From positions 1-64,000 of the IMG/VR virus record IMGVR_UViG_3300015261_000002: a DNA stretch of 64,000 nt. One strand, 5' to 3'. Under the pieces are notes generated by a model. The model saw only the letters and a list, made by a program, of their open reading frames with translations. It ran no database searches and was not told where the DNA came from. The first letter of the stretch is position 1; each line of letters begins with the position of its first letter. Made by a program: the position numbers and the translations under genes. Below, piece by piece: positions 17,507-26,758 of this stretch.

Positions 17507-18118
17507 TCACACAACTTTCTTGCGCTGGTCTTGGCCGATCGTCAACTCATACACTTCCTTCACAGGAATGATGCCCGTGCTTGGGTACAGCATAACGTGC
17601 GGGACGTTAGCCGCATACTTGTTGTAACCCCAGTCAAAGTCAGGGCGTGCTTTCGCCGCCAGATAACCAAACTTAGTGGTGCCTCTGGATAAGGTTTTGA
17701 GGAAGGCTTTGAACTCGGCTTTACTGTGCCCGACCTCGCCGTACTTCCTTTGCATCTTAAACAATTCAGCATTCCACAAAACGAGTGTTCTTGGGTCACC
17801 ATCTTCCCAGTTATGCTCTTTGGAGAACTCGTCCAGCAGTTCAGTCTTGCGGGCGCTTTCCACCACACGGAAACTGAACTTATCTTCCAGATCATCAACA
17901 TCGATCACGTGCTCGTAGAGCTTATGTCCCTTATACCAAAAAGGATGTCCTTTATCAAAGATATCCGGCATCAGCTTAGAGGGAATGGGATCGAAGAAGA
18001 ATGAGATATGGTCGAAGTAGTCGTCTGAGACCTTTACCCCAGGAGGCCCCGGAAGCCCGGATACCCGACGACTTTGCAGCTGGACGTATTGTGCGTCGGA
18101 ATAATGATAGAGCTTCAT
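17507..18118 (-). CDS. Conserved jumbo-phage hypothetical protein (MKLYHYS...HISFFFDPIP...VPHVMLYP)
   Basis: 203-aa ORF in a minus-strand operon. Confidence 0.75.
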   Translation of the reverse strand: MKLYHYSDAQYVQLQSRRVSGLPGPPGVKVSDDYFDHISFFFDPIPSKLMPDIFDKGHPFWYKGHKLYEHVIDVDDLEDKFSFRVVESARKTELLDEFSKEHNWEDGDPRTLVLWNAELFKMQRKYGEVGHSKAEFKAFLKTLSRGTTKFGYLAAKARPDFDWGYNKYAANVPHVMLYPSTGIIPVKEVYELTIGQDQRKKVV

Positions 18119-18126
18119 GGCGATCC

Positions 18127-18315
18127 CTACTTCTTAGGCAGTTGCAGGTCCATGCCGTAACCGAATTGCTTAGGCGGGTCAGCACGCTTTACAAAGTTCG
18201 GATCTTCCTTCAGCCCTTGAGGGCTCCAGGGTTGACGCTCTGGGGGAACGGTCGAGTAGACCTTACCCAAAGAATCCAGGTGAAGCCGTTGGCGCATTTC
18301 GTCATCAGGTGTCAT
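18127..18315 (-). CDS. Small hypothetical protein (62 aa)
   Basis: RBS GAGG; fills an operon gap. Confidence 0.6.
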   Translation of the reverse strand: MTPDDEMRQRLHLDSLGKVYSTVPPERQPWSPQGLKEDPNFVKRADPPKQFGYGMDLQLPKK

Positions 18316-18349
18316 AGCCTTATCCTCGTGTAGACTATAGCATCAATCG

Positions 18350-19150
18350 TTATGCGTCTTCAGCGGGAGTTGGATACGGCGCTGTTGCTGTCGCAAATTC
18401 ACGACTGGAGACACGTTGAGTAGGAGTGTCCGATACAACAAGATTGCCCAAAGTCTTTTGGTGCCGTTCCAAAAGACTGTCCACAGTTGGAACTACTTCG
18501 GGAACCGGACGTTGCTTCATCTTGTCGATGACCTTCATCAACTCAGGCATGATCTGTGCATACACCTGGTCTGGGTTTACCTCGGCATTTACCAGCACGT
18601 AACGCCCGTCGTGAATCCGGAACTTGGTTAGGTTCACATAGTTCCAACGAGCCACATTCAACTTTTCCATCGCCATGGAATCAAATTGATCGCGTGCCAT
18701 TTCCTCTGGGGAGATGCGTTTCTGAAAGATAGCAGGGTCACCATCCAGCAGGAACGTAATGTCCGGAAAGAAGTCACCATGCACGGCGTGGTGAAGATCC
18801 AGGAGTTTCTTCAGCCCCGCATCATGCTGGAAAGCAAACGTCGAATCGCAGAAACGATCACACAGTACAACTTTACCTTCTTGCAATGCTGGTCTGATAA
18901 CGTCTTTGATGTTCTCTGCCCGCGCGGCATTGAACAGTAACGCTACTGTTGTCGGATCCAGTTTACCTGGATTGCCCGGAATACCTTCACGACACAGCTT
19001 ACGCAGGTACTCAGCCGCAAAGGTACCGCCTGGCTCACGAGTACGCACGTACGGCACGTTGGCTTGTTGCAGTTGCGCTTCCATACGGTCCAGCACTGTG
19101 GTCTTACCAGAGCCCCCTAGCCCTTCTACAACGATTAACTGTCCTTTCAT
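18350..19150 (-). CDS. tmk: Thymidylate (dTMP) kinase
   Basis: VEGLGGSGKTT P-loop, TREPGG, LCDRF and PDITFLLD motifs. Confidence 0.95.
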   Translation of the reverse strand: MKGQLIVVEGLGGSGKTTVLDRMEAQLQQANVPYVRTREPGGTFAAEYLRKLCREGIPGNPGKLDPTTVALLFNAARAENIKDVIRPALQEGKVVLCDRFCDSTFAFQHDAGLKKLLDLHHAVHGDFFPDITFLLDGDPAIFQKRISPEEMARDQFDSMAMEKLNVARWNYVNLTKFRIHDGRYVLVNAEVNPDQVYAQIMPELMKVIDKMKQRPVPEVVPTVDSLLERHQKTLGNLVVSDTPTQRVSSREFATATAPYPTPAEDA

Positions 19151-19530
19151 TGAGTTGATGCCTTTTCAAGAGAAATAATGAGAGCCTCTACAGAATCCAT
19201 GGCATCTTTCAATAACGGTGGTTGAGCCACCCAAACAGAACCGTCTGGATAAAAGTCAACCACCTTACGAATGGGGCGGGATGGTCTGTAACGATCTCCC
19301 ACCACTTTGTCAGCTTCTTTCTGTACAGACAGGGCTCCGTTACCCCAGCTGTCATGCAGCGTGATAAGGAAACCGTTTAACTTTTGAGGACCCAATACCT
19401 TAAGCCTAGATTGAGCCTTCAGTCTAGCATACAGCCCTTTATAATCGTAAGCCGTCTTAGTCCCCACAGGTCGCTCCTTAAGCCACCGCTTCTTCCTGTT
19501 TAAAGGCGGGAAGTTTTCCCACCATTTCAA
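19147..19530 (-). CDS. Hypothetical protein (127 aa)
   Basis: ATGA-coupled to tmk; overlaps the upstream gene by 53 nt, so the start is uncertain. Confidence 0.55.
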   Translation of the reverse strand: MKWWENFPPLNRKKRWLKERPVGTKTAYDYKGLYARLKAQSRLKVLGPQKLNGFLITLHDSWGNGALSVQKEADKVVGDRYRPSRPIRKVVDFYPDGSVWVAQPPLLKDAMDSVEALIISLEKASTQ

Positions 19531-20422
19531 TATGAGCTTTCACAAAACGCTTGAAGTCATATACCGCGTTATGGTATTCGTGTTTATCAAACGTAATGTC
19601 GTACTTCCAGCTAAACAACTTACTCATTTCACTTACCAGATCCATCGCATCGTCAGGCAGCCCGACGTCAGACGGCAACCCATATCCACACATAATGCGA
19701 ATATGAGCTGGAATGTCAGTCAGAGCCACTTCCCAATGCTCGCGCATTTCCATATCCAGCTGCCGGCCAATTTCCTTTAGCTTTGTTGGATAGGCGTTAT
19801 AGGAGGCTTTATTTTCACGGCGGTGTATCGAGGCCTTGCCGTTAACCAAGGTCAGGTCTTTTAGCTTCTGCGGCAATATCGCGTAAATTTCTTTCTTGGT
19901 CAAATCCCACAGCGGCATGCGGAAAGGTGTCTCGAGGTTGTCCGCATTACCCAGTCGTCCGATAAGTGCGGGCATTGTGGTGATCAAATCGTGATAGTCC
20001 TGTTCGGAGTGATCCCACTCTTCCAACGAACTCTCAGCAGCATCCGCACGATTCCAACCAATCCAGGTACCAGGGCACTCGTCATAATTCATACGACGGA
20101 TATCGGCCATACCCAAAACAGTGGCCAATTGTTGGACAATGGAATTGCAGACCTGGTTCTCACCATCACTGCGTTTCATCCGTGCCGGGAATGGCGAAGA
20201 GAAACGGTAGGATACGTCCGCAATACGTCCACCTCCCGGAAATTCCATTTTCTTTACTTCCTGCACGATCAGCCACATTGCATACGCTTCATACATCATG
20301 GTCTCGGGAACCCCGGACACATTGATCATGTGCAAGTTAACTGTAAACCCTCGACGGAGGGCGAGTACCAACAAAGCGGTAGAGTCGATACCTGAACTGA
20401 AAGCAATGTTGACGTGTGGCAT
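19478..20422 (-). CDS. PP-loop (QueC-like) adenine-nucleotide alpha-hydrolase
   Basis: N-terminal IAFSSGIDST PP-loop and MPLWDLTKKEI (QueC PLxxxxKxEI-like). No C-terminal Cys cluster. Confidence 0.65.
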   Translation of the reverse strand: MPHVNIAFSSGIDSTALLVLALRRGFTVNLHMINVSGVPETMMYEAYAMWLIVQEVKKMEFPGGGRIADVSYRFSSPFPARMKRSDGENQVCNSIVQQLATVLGMADIRRMNYDECPGTWIGWNRADAAESSLEEWDHSEQDYHDLITTMPALIGRLGNADNLETPFRMPLWDLTKKEIYAILPQKLKDLTLVNGKASIHRRENKASYNAYPTKLKEIGRQLDMEMREHWEVALTDIPAHIRIMCGYGLPSDVGLPDDAMDLVSEMSKLFSWKYDITFDKHEYHNAVYDFKRFVKAHIEMVGKLPAFKQEEAVA

Positions 20423-20850
20423 TATTTCTTCTTCCTTGCTTTACGTTGAGGAGGTGCTATGTAATCGGGATCTGTGAAAATATGAACGTGTTCGGGACGC
20501 ACACCCAGCTCCAGTCCCTGAACCTCGGCAATACGACGTTTAATGAGATCTGGAAGAACCCGCATCTCACGGAGTACCGTTTCTTCGGAAAGGTACACGT
20601 CAGTGTGATGCCCTTTCTTAGAGTAGGGTCTTAGCACGAGAGACACGCCATCATAACCAATCTCCGCAACCGGAGAACGAAGGTTCTGGAAATCGTAGAA
20701 GTAAATGTTCGGTGACGAATGTTCACGTCTAACAATGACAATTGTTAAATCGCCAGCCCAGATACCTGATACGTTATCAGACAGCGTCCGGACTACTTCT
20801 TTGTACAACGCCTTTAGTTCTGCGTTCAGTTCTTTTGTTTTAGCGGCCAT
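20422..20850 (-). CDS. Hypothetical protein (about 142 aa, basic C-terminus)
   Basis: Start MAAKTK chosen because the longer ORF runs through a terminator and into the upstream gene. Confidence 0.7.
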   Translation of the reverse strand: MAAKTKELNAELKALYKEVVRTLSDNVSGIWAGDLTIVIVRREHSSPNIYFYDFQNLRSPVAEIGYDGVSLVLRPYSKKGHHTDVYLSEETVLREMRVLPDLIKRRIAEVQGLELGVRPEHVHIFTDPDYIAPPQRKARKKK

Positions 20851-20870
20851 TAATAAATTCCCCATTGGAC

Positions 20871-20907
20871 AAAAAATAAAACACCACCCTCCGAAGAGGG
20901 CAGTGCT
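20871..20907 (-). terminator. Intrinsic terminator
   Basis: CCCTC-CGAA-GAGGG hairpin (TTCG loop on the minus strand) plus TTTTATTTTTT. Confidence 0.7.
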
Positions 20908-20914
20908 ATTGCGG

Positions 20915-21736
20915 TTAGGCGGCCGCCGCGAAGTGCGACAAGATGTAGTCTTCAACCGCGTCGATCTGCTCGACGATCATTTGCGACCACGGCTCGAACG
21001 GACAGTCAGGGTTCTTGAACAGCGAATCGTTCTTGAGTTCATCGGCGGATGCCCAGGCAACGGCGTCGTTCTGAGGCTCGGCCATGTCGAAGCGAACGGC
21101 TTCAGAAGCGTCGATGGCGTACACCACACCGTAGTGGATGTTGCCGACGTAACCCGGTTCTGGTTTGCTGTCCATGACGAAACCGATTTTGTCGAACGAC
21201 TTACCGACCGTAGCGTCCTGGGCGTCGATCATGACACCGTTGGTAACGTCGTGACCGTCTTTGTCGAACAGCTTGACTTCTTCACCACCTTCGCGTTGAA
21301 CGGAATCATCGGTGGTTTCACCCAGGTCGATGATCGGGGTTTGCGTCAGCATTTCGTTTTCGACGATCTGGTGGTAAGAAAGATCGTAGCCTTCGATGTG
21401 GCCACCGGCACCCAGGCTCAACTTGGAGGCCAGACGACCTTCGTTGTTGGTCTTATTGCGACGGTAGACCATGAAGACAACCTGAGGGCGGTCTTGCTGG
21501 AGGTTTTGGACGATGCGGTAGAACAGGATGTAACCGATGCCTTGGCGCAGCAGTTCGAACTTGCCATTCAGCGCACGTACGGAGCCCATGGTGATGGCGT
21601 CGAGTTCGCGGATTGCTTGTTGCAGCTTGTCCTGCGGCAACAGCGTGAACGCGTTGTCAGGAACGATAGCGGCCAGGGATGGGCCGTGTACGCCGTAGGT
21701 GAATTCAGCGCCTTTAGGGATAGACTTCAACAGCAT
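20915..21736 (-). CDS. Nudix-family hydrolase (COG4112-like)
   Basis: YRR...EGRL..KLSLGAGGHIE...QREGGEEV...VGNIHYG. Confidence 0.8.
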   Translation of the reverse strand: MLLKSIPKGAEFTYGVHGPSLAAIVPDNAFTLLPQDKLQQAIRELDAITMGSVRALNGKFELLRQGIGYILFYRIVQNLQQDRPQVVFMVYRRNKTNNEGRLASKLSLGAGGHIEGYDLSYHQIVENEMLTQTPIIDLGETTDDSVQREGGEEVKLFDKDGHDVTNGVMIDAQDATVGKSFDKIGFVMDSKPEPGYVGNIHYGVVYAIDASEAVRFDMAEPQNDAVAWASADELKNDSLFKNPDCPFEPWSQMIVEQIDAVEDYILSHFAAAA

Positions 21737-21763
21737 GGGTGTTACTCCTGATGGATTAAACGA

Positions 21764-22699
21764 TTAGTCGTGACCGTGTTCACGGTAGTATTCGTTACGG
21801 GCTACACCTACCTGGTGAATCTCTTCCCAGGTCTTGCCCCCGAAGTTGTAGAACATACAGATAACCCAGCCCAGTGTAAGATGACCGTTGCGTTCACGCT
21901 CGCAGTTCACAAGGCTGATACTGTTGACTGGACGCAGTGGTTCACTTTCCAGAGCGGCAATCAGCGCTTGGCGGTGCTCTTCACCCTTAGCACCGAGCGG
22001 GGTCGAATAGCGTTCAGCACGCCACACTACCCAGGGATGATCATCCACTCCTACAGCCTTCTGACCAAAAGGACTCGGTTCATCCTTCTGGGGTTTGTAG
22101 AAGAGGCCATGGAAGCGGAGTTTTTCTTCTTTCGCTAAATCAGCAACAGCTGCGGTATAGTTTTTGCTAGCCATTTTTGGGTCTGCTTTGTTGAGAGTGG
22201 CGGTCATTACGACTTCCCTGTTGTATGGATTGAGTTGATATGCCCAAGGACTGATAACGTTTACTTGCCGTGTGGTGATTGGCGCAGCCAGGGAAACGCG
22301 CGGATCTACTTCTACCGTGCGAATATGTCCCTTGAAGTCAGGGTCTAGTTCCAAAGCTGCGTCGATAAGCGCCAGGTAAGTACCCGGACCCGCCATCATG
22401 TCCACAGCCGTAGCATCGTACCACTTGACTATGGCAGCGGATAAAACCTGCCGTAGCGTAAACGTGTTCATTGTTTTGGAGAGAAAACAATGCGTCTTGA
22501 TATCGCCATAGACATAATTGTACCAAGGGACGAACCCATCAGTATAAAACAAATGGCGGACAGACACTTCTAATTTGTTCTCTTCGAACTCGGGGGCTGT
22601 AAATACCGTGACTAAATAGTCCTTAATTACAAACTTGTCTTTAGGGCCAAAGAACACACCCATTTTAACAAGTAGTTCTACTAGCTCGTAGGTATCCAT
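21764..22699 (-). CDS. Hypothetical protein (311 aa)
   Basis: Long ORF in the operon; N-terminal LVKMGVFFGP motif. Confidence 0.75.
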   Translation of the reverse strand: MDTYELVELLVKMGVFFGPKDKFVIKDYLVTVFTAPEFEENKLEVSVRHLFYTDGFVPWYNYVYGDIKTHCFLSKTMNTFTLRQVLSAAIVKWYDATAVDMMAGPGTYLALIDAALELDPDFKGHIRTVEVDPRVSLAAPITTRQVNVISPWAYQLNPYNREVVMTATLNKADPKMASKNYTAAVADLAKEEKLRFHGLFYKPQKDEPSPFGQKAVGVDDHPWVVWRAERYSTPLGAKGEEHRQALIAALESEPLRPVNSISLVNCERERNGHLTLGWVICMFYNFGGKTWEEIHQVGVARNEYYREHGHD

Positions 22700-22702
22700 G
22701 GA

Positions 22703-23377
22703 CTACACCAATAAGCCGTTGTCGGCATTCACCATCAGTCCATTGATAACGTCGTTGTAGCGATGCAACGCATCTTTAAGGGTTTGATTGAAAGATACCC
22801 GTTCCATAGACCCTGGATAAATTTCGTACTTACCGTTCTGATGGTAGTTCATGAACCACCGGGCTTCGAGGAGGCCGTGTAATTCAGGTTGTTGCAGCTG
22901 GCCCAGACGAAAGATAACGTCGGTCGGATCTGAATGGTCCATACGAACCACCAGCTGACCTACCAGGATGTCAGGCAGCTTGGCCTCGAAGATACCGCGC
23001 TTGGCCAGTACCCACATCATTGCTTCTGGCGACAGCTGGTCTGATAACTCGCTGTGTTCTTTGCTCACGACGTAACGAGGAAGAGCCAGCGACACAGTCG
23101 ACCGGAGGGTGCTCTTTGAAATCAACCGGGTCCTTACCTCAGAAAGAACTTTTTCAATCACGTCCCGCGGGTAACCATCATTTACATCAAGTCCCGCCGG
23201 AGACAGTACCGCGATAGAGTCGGCGATCTGACTCGGGGACGGTAGCGAGATGTGGATCATTTTTGAGGCTAACCGAACGTCTACCTTGAATGTCGGCGTT
23301 CTTTCTGCCAGCTGTGCCGTCACTAGGTATTCTTCCGGACCCTCAAAAATACCCAACTGTCTTAATTCATGATACAT
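22703..23377 (-). CDS. Hypothetical protein (224 aa) with a possible internal repeat
   Basis: LRQLGIFEGP and LAKRGIFEAK motifs. Confidence 0.75.
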   Translation of the reverse strand: MYHELRQLGIFEGPEEYLVTAQLAERTPTFKVDVRLASKMIHISLPSPSQIADSIAVLSPAGLDVNDGYPRDVIEKVLSEVRTRLISKSTLRSTVSLALPRYVVSKEHSELSDQLSPEAMMWVLAKRGIFEAKLPDILVGQLVVRMDHSDPTDVIFRLGQLQQPELHGLLEARWFMNYHQNGKYEIYPGSMERVSFNQTLKDALHRYNDVINGLMVNADNGLLV

Positions 23378-23414
23378 GATCCACCCCCAGTAAAAAATGA
23401 AAATGCGTAATAGT

Positions 23415-23455
23415 GGATGACTAAGGATCTCTCCCTAGTCATCCTTTATCGCTGC
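23415..23455 (-). terminator. Stem-loop preceded on the minus strand by GCAGCGATA
   Basis: GGATGACTA...TAGTCATCC inverted repeat after the stop codon at 23463. Confidence 0.6.
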
Positions 23456-23462
23456 GGGTTAC

Positions 23463-23903
23463 TTAGCCAAACAGTTTGGCTGCCAGCGAGGCTGCGCTGT
23501 CACGGTGTTCTTGCAGCCAGTCGGTTTGCTCTTCGCTGTGGTAGTAGTCGATGGCAGTGGTGGACACGCCATGGATGAAGTCGTCGCCCACTTGCTGTTG
23601 CAGGTGGTGTTGGGAGTTGACGGTGAAACCGCCGAAGTCCAGGGTGCCGTCGATGGTGGTCAGCTTGTTGTTGTCAGCGAACTGATCGCGTGCGATTTGC
23701 GAAGTAGCAACTTCGACCTGGCCGGACAGTTGGTTGATGTAGGTCACGTGGGCCTGCATGGATTCCGGGGTGATGTCTTCCGGCAGTTCCAGCTTCGAGG
23801 CATCGAACGTAGCGTGGTTGGTCGCCTTGTCGTAAGTCGAGTTTTCAACCAGTTGTTTAACGGCTTCGTTCTGTGCGGCAGCGTATTCTTTATTCAAGCT
23901 CAT
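23463..23903 (-). CDS. Acidic, probably highly expressed early protein (146 aa)
   Basis: RBS GAGG before MSLNKE, strong codon bias, upstream TATATTAC motif. Confidence 0.8.
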   Translation of the reverse strand: MSLNKEYAAAQNEAVKQLVENSTYDKATNHATFDASKLELPEDITPESMQAHVTYINQLSGQVEVATSQIARDQFADNNKLTTIDGTLDFGGFTVNSQHHLQQQVGDDFIHGVSTTAIDYYHSEEQTDWLQEHRDSAASLAAKLFG

Positions 23904-23997
23904 TGTAAACCTCGTGAGTACAGGTGTGTGAAAAATAAGGAAGCAAGAAGAGGTGGTGTCCACGTCCCCCCAGACGGTAAGTCTGTTGCTCGGGAAA

Positions 23998-24010
23998 GTA
24001 ATATAGGTTT
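23998..24010 (-). promoter_or_regulatory. Early promoter motif AAACCTATATTAC
   Basis: Intergenic; the same 13-mer occurs at 47985-47997. Confidence 0.72.
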
Positions 24011-24043
24011 CAAATATTCTAACCCAAACAACAGACCTGGACC

Positions 24044-25063
24044 TTACTCGCTCAGTGGCTTGTCGAGAGTTTCACCGGCGAACGCCATACCTTCTTGCAC
24101 ATCAGCTTTAACTTGCTCAGCCGTGCCGTTAGCATTAACACCGACGGTCAGAGAAGATGCGCGCATCGCTTCTACCAACTGAGGAACCGACAGCTGGGAA
24201 GTCGACAAGAGTTGACGCATTTCGTCAGACAGCGGAGAAACAACCTGGACGTTATTGCCGTACAGCTCTTTCACGTGTTTGATGGTGCCTACCGGATCCT
24301 GATCATCTTTATCAATGATCACGGTCACCACACCAGCGCCGAGCATTGCAGCCACGTCACCCAGGTTATCGAACGGAGAGTCAGTGGCCAGCATGTCCAG
24401 CATGTCGAACGGGTTGTCCAGCAGGACAGTGCCTTCCGATACCGGCGAGTGATAGTAGGCGATCACCTGGCCGATGGTTTTCAGGAAGTATTCGTTGGTG
24501 AAACCGTCTTTCTCGAACATGGCTTCAAACATGTCGATCGAGCCCAGGTATTCAACCAGTGCAGTGTCGTGGTTCTCGGTGAGGTCGTAACGGGTCGCCA
24601 TGTACGACACCAGCGCCGTTGCCTTCTCACGAGGGGTAGTGGCTGCTGCCAGAGTGATCACGCCTTCATCGTAGCCCAGGAGGCGCACACCGACCATTTT
24701 GAACAGGTCGAGGTGGTCGTGGAACACATCGGCGGCGATGCGGTTGGAAATGGCAACGTTGGTGTTGTTTTCGGAAGCAACAGTCGCTTTGCTCCACGCG
24801 GTCAGATGGTTACCCACCGAACGCATGTTCTGCGCAACGATCTTGGCGATGTAGATGTGAACGGCATCGGACTTGATCGTGCTGACAGCCACACCCTTGA
24901 TCAGGTGGTTGTCGGTGTTTGCGTCTTTGGCGTTGTCCCATTCCTTCGAGGAGGTTTCCAGCAACGCCTGAACGATTTTGATACCGCCGGTGACTTCGCG
25001 CAGCGTGTTTACGAAAGACAGGGTTTCCAACAGCTGGGTAGCTGCACGCGATTGAGTATCCAT
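24044..25063 (-). CDS. Hypothetical protein (about 339 aa)
   Basis: RBS GAGG before MDTQSR; strong codon bias. Confidence 0.8.
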   Translation of the reverse strand: MDTQSRAATQLLETLSFVNTLREVTGGIKIVQALLETSSKEWDNAKDANTDNHLIKGVAVSTIKSDAVHIYIAKIVAQNMRSVGNHLTAWSKATVASENNTNVAISNRIAADVFHDHLDLFKMVGVRLLGYDEGVITLAAATTPREKATALVSYMATRYDLTENHDTALVEYLGSIDMFEAMFEKDGFTNEYFLKTIGQVIAYYHSPVSEGTVLLDNPFDMLDMLATDSPFDNLGDVAAMLGAGVVTVIIDKDDQDPVGTIKHVKELYGNNVQVVSPLSDEMRQLLSTSQLSVPQLVEAMRASSLTVGVNANGTAEQVKADVQEGMAFAGETLDKPLSE

Positions 25064-25130
25064 TGCTTCATCCTCTATGTTTTTAACAAAACGCACTAAT
25101 GGCTATATCTATAACCATGCCGTGAATAAA

Positions 25131-25166
25131 TATAACCCCTACCAGGTGTGAGCCTGGTAGGGGTTA
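25131..25166. terminator. 14-bp stem-loop (TATAACC family)
   Basis: TAACCCCTACCAGG-TGTGAG-CCTGGTAGGGGTTA. Confidence 0.7.
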
Positions 25167-25172
25167 ATGGGG

Positions 25173-26033
25173 TCACTTGAAGACCGAAAGTGCACTGGAA
25201 CGAACGATCTGAATCTTCTTGTCGTGTTGACCACGAAGACGTTGTTCTACTTCACGGATCATCGAAGTAACCCGCTCGTAACTTTCAGTACCAGCAAAGC
25301 GGGCTTGCGCGGCTTCGCTGTTTACCTTTTGCTTGCACATGAACAGGAACTCGTCAACCGTTGCTTCGACTTCGGCTGGCGTTGGGTTGTAAAGCGCGGT
25401 AGAGAGGAAGTCCTCCAGACCTGCTGTGCGGTGCTTGCAGGCTTCCAACATGCCCTGCTCCATTACCACGTCATAACCCGTCCAGTATTCCACCTCACGA
25501 ACGCGGTCACCCATCTGTTGCGGCTTGGTCACCGTACGGATGGAAATCGCCGTGTTCATGTCTGGATCTTCGATGCTGTCCTGGAACACTTCCTTGAGAG
25601 GACCGAACGAACGGATCTCCACCTGGTTGTGTACCGGGTCACGATCGCTACCCGTGATGTGGAAATGGATCTTCCGGATCGACGCACAGACGTTGGGTTC
25701 CAACACGGTACGCAAACGGTGGATCCACTGGTACAGATCCGTGATAGGCGTTTGAATGATGCGACCGCCTTCACGGGTCCAGAAGTACTGCGGAGGATGC
25801 CCCAGTTCACACCAGAGCTGGTTTTCGGCGGCACGACGGTTGAGGTCGCTGTCCGGGTTCATGCACTCTTTGACATACTCGTTGAAGCGATAACCCACAC
25901 CACCTCGGTTGAGGATGTTGAAACCACCTGCGTTCATCAGGTAGTAATGACCACCGGGTTCCATGGGCTTGAGAATACCCTTCTTGCCCGTCTGTGGCAG
26001 GATGGTACTGCCAAAGGTTAACTTCTGACTCAT
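25173..26033 (-). CDS. Prohead maturation protease (phiKZ gp175-like)
   Basis: ELGHP, AISIR and GYDVV motifs; G-L-E candidate autocleavage site; synteny. Confidence 0.85.
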   Translation of the reverse strand: MSQKLTFGSTILPQTGKKGILKPMEPGGHYYLMNAGGFNILNRGGVGYRFNEYVKECMNPDSDLNRRAAENQLWCELGHPPQYFWTREGGRIIQTPITDLYQWIHRLRTVLEPNVCASIRKIHFHITGSDRDPVHNQVEIRSFGPLKEVFQDSIEDPDMNTAISIRTVTKPQQMGDRVREVEYWTGYDVVMEQGMLEACKHRTAGLEDFLSTALYNPTPAEVEATVDEFLFMCKQKVNSEAAQARFAGTESYERVTSMIREVEQRLRGQHDKKIQIVRSSALSVFK

Positions 26034-26755
26034 ACGGGGACCCCTTTAATAATCTTCTCCAGATCAGTAACACGGTCATCAGGGTTCACAATTGCTGCCA
26101 CCGTGTTATCACGTTGGTAACCGCCCATGATTTTCGGGAAGGTCCCGTCGATCAATAGACCACTGTTGTTAAGACCCACAATGACTGGAGGTCGTCCTTC
26201 TAACATCGCCTTACTGTACCGGTACTGCCTTTCCAGGTTGTCTGGATCGCGGAACATTAATGACATGTAGACACGCATGACCTGAGGACTGCTACCGACC
26301 GGGTCGCCACTTTGAGAAGCCGCCAAGTCAAACATCGACGACAGGGCATCTTCAACAACATACCAGGGGCGTTTGGCGTAGTAGAGGAACTCCATGTAAT
26401 ACGCGTACGGGTGATTGGGCTCTTGCAGCACGTTGGTGTTCTCGATTACCGTGTCGCCTTTGGTAAACTCCAACACCAGGTACTGCACGCCCTTGATTGC
26501 AACTTCACGAATGCTCAGCGGAACAAGGGTAATGTCCATCAGCGACATCAGGGAAGCAAAACTTTCCCCTGGTATCACCAACCCAAGCACCGCCGGCGTT
26601 GTGACTGTTTCCCCGACGACTGCCATGCCGTTGTCAACAAAGCGTTTAGGAAGATGGATCTCGAAATCGCGTTTAGCAATAACGGACCCATCTTTCTGTT
26701 CGTCGAACAAACGGTCTGCAATCTTGAGGTCGTGCTTGAGATTGCTGACGTCCAT
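26030..26755 (-). CDS. Virion RNAP beta' C-terminal fragment (phiKZ gp176 / SPN3US gp244-like)
   Basis: Size and position next to the protease; C-terminal DLEKIIKG resembles the beta' terminus. Confidence 0.65.
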   Translation of the reverse strand: MDVSNLKHDLKIADRLFDEQKDGSVIAKRDFEIHLPKRFVDNGMAVVGETVTTPAVLGLVIPGESFASLMSLMDITLVPLSIREVAIKGVQYLVLEFTKGDTVIENTNVLQEPNHPYAYYMEFLYYAKRPWYVVEDALSSMFDLAASQSGDPVGSSPQVMRVYMSLMFRDPDNLERQYRYSKAMLEGRPPVIVGLNNSGLLIDGTFPKIMGGYQRDNTVAAIVNPDDRVTDLEKIIKGVPV

Positions 26756-26758
26756 CGA

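Noticed and set aside
20851-20955. 5' extensions given by the ORF track (also 43450, 59254, 62198, 23963, 28312)
   Set aside because: They cross terminators or neighbouring genes, or lack an RBS. Downstream ATGs have better context.
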